Positions 17,132 to 25,750 of a stretch of 41,245 nt of DNA are shown piece by piece. The stretch spans positions 1-41,245 of the forward strand of contig CAZPLI010000002.1 in NCBI GenBank assembly GCA_964587325.1, written 5' to 3'. Source of the stretch: an uncultured Thermofilaceae archaeon. Lineage in GTDB: Archaea > Thermoproteota > Thermoprotei > Thermofilales > JAPDKD01. Below the pieces are notes generated by a model that saw only the letters and a program-made list of their open reading frames with translations, did no database searches and was not told where the DNA came from. The position numbers and the translations under genes are program-made. The stretch's first letter is position 1. Every line of letters starts with the position of its first letter.

Positions 17132-18979
17132 TTAATCGTTCCCCGGTTCACCGAATAATTGGTCCAATGAAAGCGCTAGTTCCCCAACTCCTTTAATGAA
17201 GTTCACCTTGTACCCGTAGGACTCTATGTATTTTTTCACAGATTCCGTCTTTACTCTCTCATCGAGCACGGCTACAAAGAGCTTGTCTTGAGGGCCTCTC
17301 ACCCCTCTTCCAATTGCTTGTATTAATTTCATAGCTGCCGGAATTAAGAACGTATACTCAAACCCCTTCTCTCTTGAGGATAAAAATATTGACATAAGTT
17401 CACAGGTCTTTTTCCTCACTGGAGTGGGTTCTGGCACCGGCAAGCCTGCCATAACTACAGCTCTCACTATACTACGACCACTCGCGGTGAACTCTATTCC
17501 CTCTGCTACCTTCCCCCAAGCATTCACCAGAACTAGCAGTCTGTCATGATTAAGAATCGCTCTTTCAATATCTGATAAACTCGTTGTTTCCCGCTCAATA
17601 AACACCGGTGTTGACTGTAAATGGAGGCGCACTCTCTTCATAAAATCATACGAGGGGAAAACCGCTAGTACTACACCGTGCCTAACGCTAGCGTAAACAG
17701 CGTCAATCGCTGTCGCCATCGCCTTGTAGAGCTCCTCGCCCCTCTCCGAGTATCTCGAGGATATTCCAAGCGTGCAAACGAGGGTAACATTCTTTGCGAA
17801 AGGGTTGGGCATTGCTATTTCTTTAACTCTACTTGGTTCGACACCAGTGTAGAACTCGATGATTTCTCGTGGAGGGAGCGTACCGCTCATCATGATGACG
17901 GAGTGTGAAGACCTAAAGGTTTCGGCAACAGCATGTGCCGGAGAGGCACATGCGTGAACTAGCTTAAACTCCTCGTCGACAAGACCCACGGTAACGTAGC
18001 GAGGATTAGCTTCCGTGATTCTTTTCATGAATTTATATACTCTCCTAAGGTAAGTACGTAAGGGGAGTTTTTCTCTAGCATATCTAGCTTCGACGGCTCT
18101 TGCGGCTTCTTCTAGCATAGCTAATGGGGGTGAGAGGCTCAGTATGTCGCTAGACGAAACTTCGACTGGCGAGTCTTTGGCTTTTTTCTCTAGGGCTGTC
18201 ATGTATCTTTCTAATCTAGATAGACCCTCTAAGAGTTGGTCTCTACCCTCCCCTCTGTAAACCTTCAACACTTCTCTCTTAGCTCCTTTAACCCAGGACC
18301 GCTTGAGCTCAGCACTCAGTGTTGAGGATAAGTAATCAGGTAAGTTATGGGCCTCGTCAACGATTATCACCAGACGATCCAGACTAAGCCCTGTCTCAGC
18401 GAGAAACGTCCTGGCGACTTCGGGGTCAAACATGTAACTGTAAGTCCCTACTATCACCCTGGCATCTCTGCAGGACTTTATAGCGAGAGCGTAAGGACAG
18501 ACACCCGTGCGCTTTGATAGTTTCCTTAACACGACTGGCGTAAGAATCGTAGGTACGTCTTCAAGCGTATCTGGAGATTCGTGGGTCTTTGCAAAGGGGC
18601 ATTCATGTCTGCTTGAAAGGTAAGAGCAGTACCTTAGGAACTCGTCGTAAGACAGAGATGACATGCCTCTAAGAGGGCAGAGCCTCTGCTTGCTGACCAG
18701 CGCTACTGCTCTTAGGGAGACAATCTCAGAGAGTCTGTGTAGTTCTCTCAGCGGAGCCTGAAACTGCGTGATTGTTCTGACAGCATAAAACACCGTGAGC
18801 TCCTCGTTTAAAGCAGCAGCTAGTGACCCTGCCAGCACCGCTAAAGTCTTGCCAGTACCCGTGGGATAGCGTACTAACAGTACACGCCCGCTACTTACGG
18901 CCTCCTCTACTGCGAATGCTAGGTCCCGCTGTCCCGGTCTCCATTCAGCGTAAGGCAGTAAGCGCTCCACGCCTAGCAC
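17132..18979 (-). CDS. xpd: XPD/Rad3-family 5'-3' DNA helicase with FeS domain
   Basis: Walker A YPTGTGKT and DEAH box VDEAHNL. Cys ligand candidates in the FeS insertion are CPLRG, ECPF and CPYA. C-terminal helicase motifs are present (GRGVRG). Confidence 0.85.
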   Translation of the reverse strand: MLGVERLLPYAEWRPGQRDLAFAVEEAVSSGRVLLVRYPTGTGKTLAVLAGSLAAALNEELTVFYAVRTITQFQAPLRELHRLSEIVSLRAVALVSKQRLCPLRGMSSLSYDEFLRYCSYLSSRHECPFAKTHESPDTLEDVPTILTPVVLRKLSKRTGVCPYALAIKSCRDARVIVGTYSYMFDPEVARTFLAETGLSLDRLVIIVDEAHNLPDYLSSTLSAELKRSWVKGAKREVLKVYRGEGRDQLLEGLSRLERYMTALEKKAKDSPVEVSSSDILSLSPPLAMLEEAARAVEARYAREKLPLRTYLRRVYKFMKRITEANPRYVTVGLVDEEFKLVHACASPAHAVAETFRSSHSVIMMSGTLPPREIIEFYTGVEPSRVKEIAMPNPFAKNVTLVCTLGISSRYSERGEELYKAMATAIDAVYASVRHGVVLAVFPSYDFMKRVRLHLQSTPVFIERETTSLSDIERAILNHDRLLVLVNAWGKVAEGIEFTASGRSIVRAVVMAGLPVPEPTPVRKKTCELMSIFLSSREKGFEYTFLIPAAMKLIQAIGRGVRGPQDKLFVAVLDERVKTESVKKYIESYGYKVNFIKGVGELALSLDQLFGEPGND

Positions 18980-19044
18980 CGTAGCTATTCCCCACGAGGG
19001 TAGCGTGACGCTGATATTTTTCCTACTTTCTGATGGCCGCTCTG

Positions 19045-19500
19045 CTAGTCTATCTTTATTCTGTGCTCTTCTTTTATGACTCTGAGAACGTACATAGTTC
19101 GCGTGGACTCGACGCCGTCAATGCTTCCGATCTTGTCTAATACTCTGGCTAGCTCGTCTCGGTTGCTTACCCTTACTTTAGTTATAGTGTAGTACTCACC
19201 TGTCACGTCATAGATCTCGTAGATCTCTGGCATCTTCTTGAGCTCTTCAAGTACCTTCTCGTACTTCTGTGGAGTCGCTGTAATGGCCACGATTGCAAGG
19301 ACCCTCTTTCCCACTTTCTCTGGGTCCACTATTGCTTGGAACCTCTTTATGACACCCAACTTTAGTAGCTTTTTGATCCGTAGATGTACTGTCGCCTCGC
19401 TGACTCCTAGCTGCTCAGAGATTTTGGAATAAGGGGTCTTGGCATTCTCCTGAAGTATCTCTAGTAGTTTCTTGTCTATTCTGTCCAGCTTTACAGACAC
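19045..19500 (-). CDS. Lrp/AsnC-family transcriptional regulator
   Basis: HTH LDRIDKKLLEILQENAKTPYSKISEQLGVSEATVHLRIKKL plus a RAM domain. Confidence 0.85.
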   Translation of the reverse strand: MSVKLDRIDKKLLEILQENAKTPYSKISEQLGVSEATVHLRIKKLLKLGVIKRFQAIVDPEKVGKRVLAIVAITATPQKYEKVLEELKKMPEIYEIYDVTGEYYTITKVRVSNRDELARVLDKIGSIDGVESTRTMYVLRVIKEEHRIKID

Positions 19501-19607
19501 GAACTATCACCTAAATATTCTTCAACTTTCTAACATGAAGCGCTTATAAAAGTTTAGCTCTTAGGCTCCTCAAGTTTCTAGTCCATCAGGTCCGGATACC
19601 GACTACT

Positions 19608-20636
19608 TTAGGATGTGCCAGGTATAACATAACCTCCCACTTCGTGTGTTCCAACAAGCACTACTAGTTCGCCGTCGCTTGTCTCCGCTGCGAGACCTTT
19701 AACCCTCACTCGCTCGCCTACTGAAAATAGTCCTAAGAAGAATGAGTCATAGAGGATAATCTCTGAGGGTTTGAGGTCAGGTCCCTGCAGTATACGTACG
19801 TTGTTTACGATTAAGCGCCCAGTGAGGGAGTAAGAGTCGGCATTGTCAATTATCTCGCAAGTAAGTTCGATAGGACTTAGAAACCTAAATGATCTGCAGC
19901 CGTAGCGCTCCCATCTACGAGGTGACCGCCTAACATAGCATATGGAGAACTGCCTCCCTTTAAAGAGCCCTAATTCTACGCGCCGCTTGTAGAGTTCGAC
20001 GGCTTTCTCAAAGGGTATTCCGTAACTTTCCGCCTTTTCTCTGGCTTTAAGCGCTATGTCGTCGGGAGAGAGGCTCGACGCAAGTCCTTGGTCTTTAAGA
20101 GTGCTTATAGCTTGGCGTACTTCTTCAGGTGGCACAGGCTCATACACGACTATGTCTATGTCAGACAGCTTTTCGTTGTGTATTTTTAGGAGTATACTGC
20201 CAGTGACGCCTATGTAGCTAAGTCTTGCAGAGGAGTTATCTACTAGCTCTAAGACTAGCTCTCGTACATAAGTCTCTAGTCCCCTTGCTTCTCTTATAAT
20301 TTCGGCGAGCCTAACCTCAGGTAGAAAGTGTTCTCTTATTTTTCTCTTATCAAGCAGGGGCACAGTAGAGTTCCAATAAGGATCGTACTTCATTAGTGAT
20401 GCATTAAGCTCCCTTGTAATCCTAAGGGCAGCATCGTAGATAGCGCACGGGCTGTAGCGAGGAACTAAGCGGAGATATCCTCTCCAAGGGGAGGGCTCCG
20501 AACTTTCAACATACTTAGGGTATACGAGGACGTAATTAGGTGGGTGGACAGGACCCACAACTCTCATCAGTACTTTTTTGCCAGAAAACACTGTGGAAAC
20601 GTAATCGCAGTCTAGGTACGTTGCTTCTCTGCTCAT
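19608..20636 (-). CDS. predicted Pol-beta-superfamily nucleotidyltransferase with C-terminal OB-like domain
   Basis: GVTGSILLKIHNEKLSDIDIVVY (GS..DxD signature). The beta-rich C-terminus includes GERVRVKGLAAETSDGELVVLVG. Confidence 0.5.
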   Translation of the reverse strand: MSREATYLDCDYVSTVFSGKKVLMRVVGPVHPPNYVLVYPKYVESSEPSPWRGYLRLVPRYSPCAIYDAALRITRELNASLMKYDPYWNSTVPLLDKRKIREHFLPEVRLAEIIREARGLETYVRELVLELVDNSSARLSYIGVTGSILLKIHNEKLSDIDIVVYEPVPPEEVRQAISTLKDQGLASSLSPDDIALKAREKAESYGIPFEKAVELYKRRVELGLFKGRQFSICYVRRSPRRWERYGCRSFRFLSPIELTCEIIDNADSYSLTGRLIVNNVRILQGPDLKPSEIILYDSFFLGLFSVGERVRVKGLAAETSDGELVVLVGTHEVGGYVIPGTS

Positions 20637-20647
20637 TGTTTCAACTA

Positions 20648-21331
20648 CTACTCTTCTATCTCCAATCTGTCGCCTGGCTCAAGAACTTTGGCTTTAACTG
20701 TAGGCGCATATTCCTTGAGGTACTTTACAAACTCCTCGGGATCTGCTTGTATTAGGGGGAATGTCCCATAATGCATGGGGATGACTACGCAAGGTTTGAA
20801 TAGAGAGACGAAGAACGCTGCTTGCCGCGGGTCCATAGTGAAGTGACCACCTATTGGGACTAGGGCGTACGTTATGGGATAAAGCTTGGCGTAAAGTTCG
20901 ATGTCGCCGAATAGTCCTGTGTCACCAGCGTGATAGACTCCTAAGTTACCGCGCGTGATTATAAAGCCGGCGGCTTCGCCGACCTCGCTCGTGTGGTAGG
21001 CTGGAACCATAACTACTTCTACATCCCCGAACCTAACGGAGCCACCTATGTTCATACCTAGACCTTTGGCTCCGTGTTTCTCGGCCTCTAGGGCTACTTC
21101 GTACACGCCCACTACGGGCGCGCCCGTACGCTTGGAAATCTCTGCAGCATCGCCGAAGTGATCATTATGCATGTGAGTCACTAGTATGGCGTCTATTTGC
21201 TTGAAGTCACTCGGCCTGGCGGCGGCCTTAGGATTTCCTTCTAGCCAGGGATCAATTAGGAACAGTTTGTCGCCCAGCTTAAGCTCAAAGGCCGCATGAC
21301 CTAGCCATCTTAAGTAGCCCAAGCCGGTCAC
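20648..21331 (-). CDS. MBL-fold metal-dependent hydrolase (UPF0173-like)
   Basis: WLGHAAFEL, LIDPWLEGNP, LVTHMHNDHFGD, HAGDTG. Confidence 0.75.
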   Translation of the reverse strand: MTGLGYLRWLGHAAFELKLGDKLFLIDPWLEGNPKAAARPSDFKQIDAILVTHMHNDHFGDAAEISKRTGAPVVGVYEVALEAEKHGAKGLGMNIGGSVRFGDVEVVMVPAYHTSEVGEAAGFIITRGNLGVYHAGDTGLFGDIELYAKLYPITYALVPIGGHFTMDPRQAAFFVSLFKPCVVIPMHYGTFPLIQADPEEFVKYLKEYAPTVKAKVLEPGDRLEIEE

Positions 21332-21438
21332 CCCCTTAAAGGATGAACTAGAAGCATAATTATGTCTCGCCGTACGTTAGGCCAGTAGGAGTCATTAAGG
21401 AGAGTTCGGGCTAAGCTGCTAGCGGGGAGGCGGTATAC

Positions 21439-21930
21439 GTGGAGATTATTGATGTCACCGAGACGTTTTTCATGGTCAAGGTCGGAGAGCTATTAGGTGC
21501 GCAGGTGGAAAGTGAGGATAGATTGTACTTGCTAATAAGGTGGGATAAGGTCCTGTTTAAGGTTAGAAAGGTAAGAGTACTAGGTCGGATTAACGAGATA
21601 AGGCGTCTAAGTGGCAGGTCTGATTGTCTCTTGAGCGACGATAGCGGGTCTGTAATTGTCAGGGTGTGGGAGGAGAAGCTCCACTTGTTAGAAGAGGTAA
21701 GAGAGGGTGACATAGTTGAGGTGTTTGCATATCCACGTGTATGGGAAGGCGAGATCTACCTTTCACCAATAATAATTGCGAGACGCAGCGAGCAAGCGCT
21801 TGAGAGGCGTGAAAGGGAGATCGCCGAGGTTAGAGAGTTTCTGTATAAACTAACTGCAAAAGATGAGGATAATAGGCTGACACGCATGAAGGGAATGAAG
21901 AGCCATGCCGCGCCGCAAAAAAGCGAGTAG
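21439..21930 (+). CDS. OB-fold protein (RPA32/Stn1-like OB)
   Basis: VRVLGRINEI...LSDDSGSVIVRVWEE...GDIVEVFAYPRVWEGEIYLSPIII, followed by a helix. GTG start per the ORF track. Confidence 0.5.
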   Translation: MEIIDVTETFFMVKVGELLGAQVESEDRLYLLIRWDKVLFKVRKVRVLGRINEIRRLSGRSDCLLSDDSGSVIVRVWEEKLHLLEEVREGDIVEVFAYPRVWEGEIYLSPIIIARRSEQALERREREIAEVREFLYKLTAKDEDNRLTRMKGMKSHAAPQKSE

Positions 21931-22231
21931 CGAGTCAGAAACGGGAGGCATATTAGCTTTCCTTAGCGGCGAGAGAGAGCAGGAGGAAAAACGCACTGGC
22001 CGTAGTGGGGAAACTCCTACATCTACAGCTGTAGCAGGACTAGAGGCTGAGGTGCTCTCTCTGATCAGGGCTAGTGGAGCGATAACAAAATCTAAGCTGT
22101 GGAGCTGGGCTAAGCGTCGCGGAATCAGGCCAGTGGACCTCTACAGGGCTCTGCAGTCCTTGCAGGCTAAGGGTCTTGTCAAGAAGGGTTTTGACGCTCA
22201 AAGTGAGGAGCTGGTGTACAAACTAGCGTGA
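21905..22231 (+). CDS. winged-helix protein with a low-complexity N-terminal linker
   Basis: LEAEVLSLIRASGAITKSKLWSWAKRRGIRPVDLYRALQSLQAKGLVKK. Overlaps the upstream OB gene by 26 nt in the +1 frame. Confidence 0.5.
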   Translation: MPRRKKASSESETGGILAFLSGEREQEEKRTGRSGETPTSTAVAGLEAEVLSLIRASGAITKSKLWSWAKRRGIRPVDLYRALQSLQAKGLVKKGFDAQSEELVYKLA

Positions 22232-22232
22232 G

Positions 22233-22292
22233 GGGGCTCCGCACCTTACCGCCTCCTCACCAGTTAGGTGAGAGGAGGCTCTTCATCGCCCC
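22233..22292 (-). ncRNA. weak candidate C/D box sRNA
   Basis: Minus strand reads GGGGC-g-ATGAAGA-12 nt-CTAA-ctg-GTGAGGA-12 nt-CGGA-GCCCC. The spacing is exact (7-12-4-3-7-12-4) with a 5-bp terminal stem. However, every box carries one mismatch and the two halves are self-complementary. Confidence 0.35.
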
Positions 22293-22376
22293 AAGAGTAT
22301 AACGAGGCCCTTTCGTTAAGTTAACGCACCAATTTGTACACTAACCCTAAAATAGAGCATAAACGTTAGTGCGCCG

Positions 22377-23507
22377 GTGAGGCTCGTGGAGGAGTACTTC
22401 AGAATAGACCCCTGGGGTACGTCATTTGTCAAGGATTACAAGCGTCTAATGGAGGAATTCGGAATTAAGCCTCTTACTGAAGACCTCATTAAGAGGCTTC
22501 CACACCCCCACAGGCTCATTAGAAGAGGCTTCGTGTTCGGGCATAGGGATTTAGAGGTTATCATAGATGCCATCGAGAACGGGAAAGAGTACGCCGTAAT
22601 GACGGGAATTAAGCCAAGCGGTGATTACCACCTAGGGTCTAAGCTGACGGCTGAGGAATTCGTGTATTTCCTGAGTTTATCACCCAAGGCTCGCGGCTTT
22701 TTCTCGATAGCAGACTTAGAGGCTTATGCTGACAATAAGCTGCCGCTGGAGAAAAGCAAGGAAATAGCGATCAGCAACCTAGCTGATCTTCTAGCGCTAG
22801 GACTAGATCCTCATAAGGTCTACGTCTATAGGCAATCACAAGAGATCTCTGTCCTAAGGTTATCCTTCCTCTTCTCTAGATCTGTTACTTATAATACGCT
22901 TGAAGCTATATATGGAGATAAACCGTTCGGGCTCTATTACTCTGCGCTAGTGCAGGCTGGCGACATCCTACTGCCGCAGCTACCCGAGCACGGTGGACCT
23001 AAGCCAACAATAGTGCCCGTAGGCGCAGACCAAGATCCCCATATCAGGCTCACTCGAGATCTAGCCCGCAAGTACCGTAGCGAGTTCGGCTTTATACTTC
23101 CATCAGCAGTTTATCACAAGCTGATAAGGGACCTTACGGGACAGGCTAAGATGTCTAAGAGGAATCCCATGGGCATACTCTACCTCACAGATGACTTAGA
23201 GGTTGCCAGGAGAAAGATTATGGCGGCCTACACCGGCGGTAGAGCGACCGCAGAAGAGCAGAAAAAGTTAGGCGGTATACCCGAGATATGCACGGTGTTC
23301 GTGGAATTACTCTCTATGCACTTCGTGGAAGACGACTCACTGCTTAAGAAATGGTACGATGAATGCAAGACGGGAAGCATTCTATGTGGCGAGTGCAAGG
23401 CTCGTGCATGGGAGGTAATTTCTCGATGGTTAAAGGAGCATCAGAGGAAGCGCGAGCAGTGTATTGACATAGCTCGAAAGCTTGTAGAGGAGGGCACAAT
23501 AACTTAG
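22377..23507 (+). CDS. trpS: tryptophanyl-tRNA synthetase
   Basis: DPWG N-terminus, HIGH-like GDYHLGS, KMSKS-like KMSKR, C-terminal C-x24-C-x6-C-x2-C cluster. Confidence 0.85.
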   Translation: MRLVEEYFRIDPWGTSFVKDYKRLMEEFGIKPLTEDLIKRLPHPHRLIRRGFVFGHRDLEVIIDAIENGKEYAVMTGIKPSGDYHLGSKLTAEEFVYFLSLSPKARGFFSIADLEAYADNKLPLEKSKEIAISNLADLLALGLDPHKVYVYRQSQEISVLRLSFLFSRSVTYNTLEAIYGDKPFGLYYSALVQAGDILLPQLPEHGGPKPTIVPVGADQDPHIRLTRDLARKYRSEFGFILPSAVYHKLIRDLTGQAKMSKRNPMGILYLTDDLEVARRKIMAAYTGGRATAEEQKKLGGIPEICTVFVELLSMHFVEDDSLLKKWYDECKTGSILCGECKARAWEVISRWLKEHQRKREQCIDIARKLVEEGTIT

Positions 23508-23518
23508 CTTGCCCGATA

Positions 23519-25750
23519 ATGTTTTACACGTCGTCTAACTGTGCTAAGTGGGAGGCACTAGTGGTGAATGTACGCTGGTGCCTGTACGCGGTACTAGTAG
23601 CCGCGGCCATAGTAATGCTAGTGGCTACCACTAGGCCAGCATATTGCAGCCCGGATGCTAATCTCACGGTGGTAGCCTTAACTTGGGGGGGACAGCCCCT
23701 CAAAGAGGGCGCTAGACTCCCCCTTGTAGAGGTAGCGAGACCGGGCGAGGAACCGTTCTTCAAGAAAGTAGGTCAAGTAGTCACTATAGAAAATCTAACT
23801 GCAGGTGACTACGTAGTTAGGATTTACTGGCGTAACGAGTTAGTGTACGAGAGGACTGTTGAAGTTGTCAATGACACTACGGTAAACGCTAAGTGTAATG
23901 TCACTGTTGTCAAATTCTACGCAGCCGATGACGAAGGCTACGTAGTAAACAACGCGGTCTTAGTGGTGGCTGGCGTCGGGGATGTGAAGTCAGGCGCTGA
24001 AGTTCTACTTCCTTTCGGCACGTACTCAGTGAGTAGGGCAAGGGTCAAATTAGCACTAGAGGAAGGTGAGATTGAAGTAGCGCTCGTGCCACTTGAAGAG
24101 TCTCGGGTTGAGGTAGAGGGTTCCACTCTAGAGACTAGCATTAAGCTTCCTCTAAGACATAGGGTGACATTTCTATTCTTTAAGCTAGGGGGCGTGCCCC
24201 TCCAGGGAGCTGAGTACTCGGCTGAAATCTACATAGATGTTGAGGGGGAGCTTCATCTCCTCGAGCGGGCAGTCCTCACTCGAAATTCTCTCTATTTCAT
24301 GGCGTTACCTTACGGGCTTTACACAGTGAGAGTATATAGACACTCGGAAGTGAAGCTCGAGGAAAGAGTCGAAGTTGAGAGTGGTACGACTGAAGTAGAG
24401 ATAGTTGTCGGGCTACTAGCTAGGCTCAGGTTAAAGTTCACAACTAAAGATGGCGAGCCCTTAGCAGGTTTTAAAGTGAAGATAATCTCGCCTAAAGGTG
24501 CCTTTGCTGAATACATTCTGAACGAGTATGGTGAGGTCGAGCTACTAGACGTAGACCCTGGGCTCTACGAGTACGTAATCAACGTAGGGGGGCTAGAGAC
24601 ACGTGGAACCATCAATGTGGCTGCAGGAGGGCAGCAGCTTATCGGCGGGGGGATAGAGAAGACTATCAGAACATGTATTGCGAGAGTGCTCGTGAGAATT
24701 ACGGACAGGGGCGGAGCGGGTTTACCTCCAAAGCTTAGAGCCTCAATAAGCTACCTAACTCACGAGCTTATCTCTCAGACTCTCCCCTTACCAGCCAAAG
24801 AGCTAGTGTTGGATGCAGGATACTTGCCGCTCGACAGGAGCTATAGGCTTGTAGTTACGTGGGAGGGAGTAACTATAGCTAATGAGACTGTGACGGGGTC
24901 TCGTGAGGTTAGCTTACACTTCAAGCACGTGAAACTTAAGCTTGAAAGTACAGCGGGGGACCCGGTCCCCGAAGCAAGGTTAGTAGTAAAGCTACACAAT
25001 GGGACAGAAGTAACGCTAGTCACTGGGCCAAGTGGTGAGGCATTAGTGTTATACGCCGTAGGAGGCTACAAGTACCGTGTGGAGGCGTATTGGCGGGGAA
25101 TAAAGGTCGGCGATGGAAGCTTTGATCCCCGTGAACTACACGATACTGAATACGTAGTAAAGGCCGCTCTAGGATCTCTAACAGTCAGAGTGGAGGGGCT
25201 ATGGGGTAGACCTCTCAAGGGAGCAAAAGTGAATCTGACAATAACTATGGTTAGTGGAGAAGTACTAAATCTGTATAGCGAGGCGGGTGATGACGGCATA
25301 GCTTTCTTTAGGCATGTACCGCTTCTGGCGGCAGGCGTAGAGAGAGCCTATCTCGTCGTTAGCTTCGAGAGGTTCTCAACTGGGAAGATAGACATAACAC
25401 GCGAGCTGACGAGGTCTCATGCCGAGCGCGAAGTAGTACTCGAAGTCCTGCCTATAATACCGGGCTTTGCCCTTTCCACAGTAGAGATAGCGGCGCTTAC
25501 TGCCACACTAGTACTAGCCGTAACGGCAGCCGCGCTTATTTACCGTAAGGTGGTCATAAGGAAGGAAATCTCAGAGCTCCTGAGCGAAGCTACCTATACA
25601 GCACCTAGACGCAGAATGGCAACAGTGGCTTATGAGCGAGAAGAGAGAGAAGGATTCTTTGCTAGACTAAAAGAGAGATTAAGAATCCTACGCGGTAGTT
25701 TCGCAGAGGAAGAAGAGGAGGAAGAGGAAGAGTGGGGGCTCTTCGAGTAG
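23519..25750 (+). CDS. large type-I membrane/surface protein with repeated prealbumin-like (CarboxypepD_reg-like) beta-sandwich modules and an acidic cytoplasmic tail
   Basis: N-terminal hydrophobic segment. At least 5 repeats of a G-x-Y-x-V-x-V pattern (GDYVVRIY, GTYSVSRA, GLYTVRVY, GLYEYVIN, GGYKYRVEAY). C-terminal TM (IAALTATLVLAVTAAALIY), then a tail ending EEEEEEEEEWGLFE. Confidence 0.6.
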   Translation: MFYTSSNCAKWEALVVNVRWCLYAVLVAAAIVMLVATTRPAYCSPDANLTVVALTWGGQPLKEGARLPLVEVARPGEEPFFKKVGQVVTIENLTAGDYVVRIYWRNELVYERTVEVVNDTTVNAKCNVTVVKFYAADDEGYVVNNAVLVVAGVGDVKSGAEVLLPFGTYSVSRARVKLALEEGEIEVALVPLEESRVEVEGSTLETSIKLPLRHRVTFLFFKLGGVPLQGAEYSAEIYIDVEGELHLLERAVLTRNSLYFMALPYGLYTVRVYRHSEVKLEERVEVESGTTEVEIVVGLLARLRLKFTTKDGEPLAGFKVKIISPKGAFAEYILNEYGEVELLDVDPGLYEYVINVGGLETRGTINVAAGGQQLIGGGIEKTIRTCIARVLVRITDRGGAGLPPKLRASISYLTHELISQTLPLPAKELVLDAGYLPLDRSYRLVVTWEGVTIANETVTGSREVSLHFKHVKLKLESTAGDPVPEARLVVKLHNGTEVTLVTGPSGEALVLYAVGGYKYRVEAYWRGIKVGDGSFDPRELHDTEYVVKAALGSLTVRVEGLWGRPLKGAKVNLTITMVSGEVLNLYSEAGDDGIAFFRHVPLLAAGVERAYLVVSFERFSTGKIDITRELTRSHAEREVVLEVLPIIPGFALSTVEIAALTATLVLAVTAAALIYRKVVIRKEISELLSEATYTAPRRRMATVAYEREEREGFFARLKERLRILRGSFAEEEEEEEEEWGLFE

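Noticed and set aside
25690-25735. GAA/GAG-rich simple repeat
   Set aside because: It is in frame inside the 743-aa CDS and encodes the poly-Glu tail. It is coding low complexity, not a regulatory or mobile repeat.
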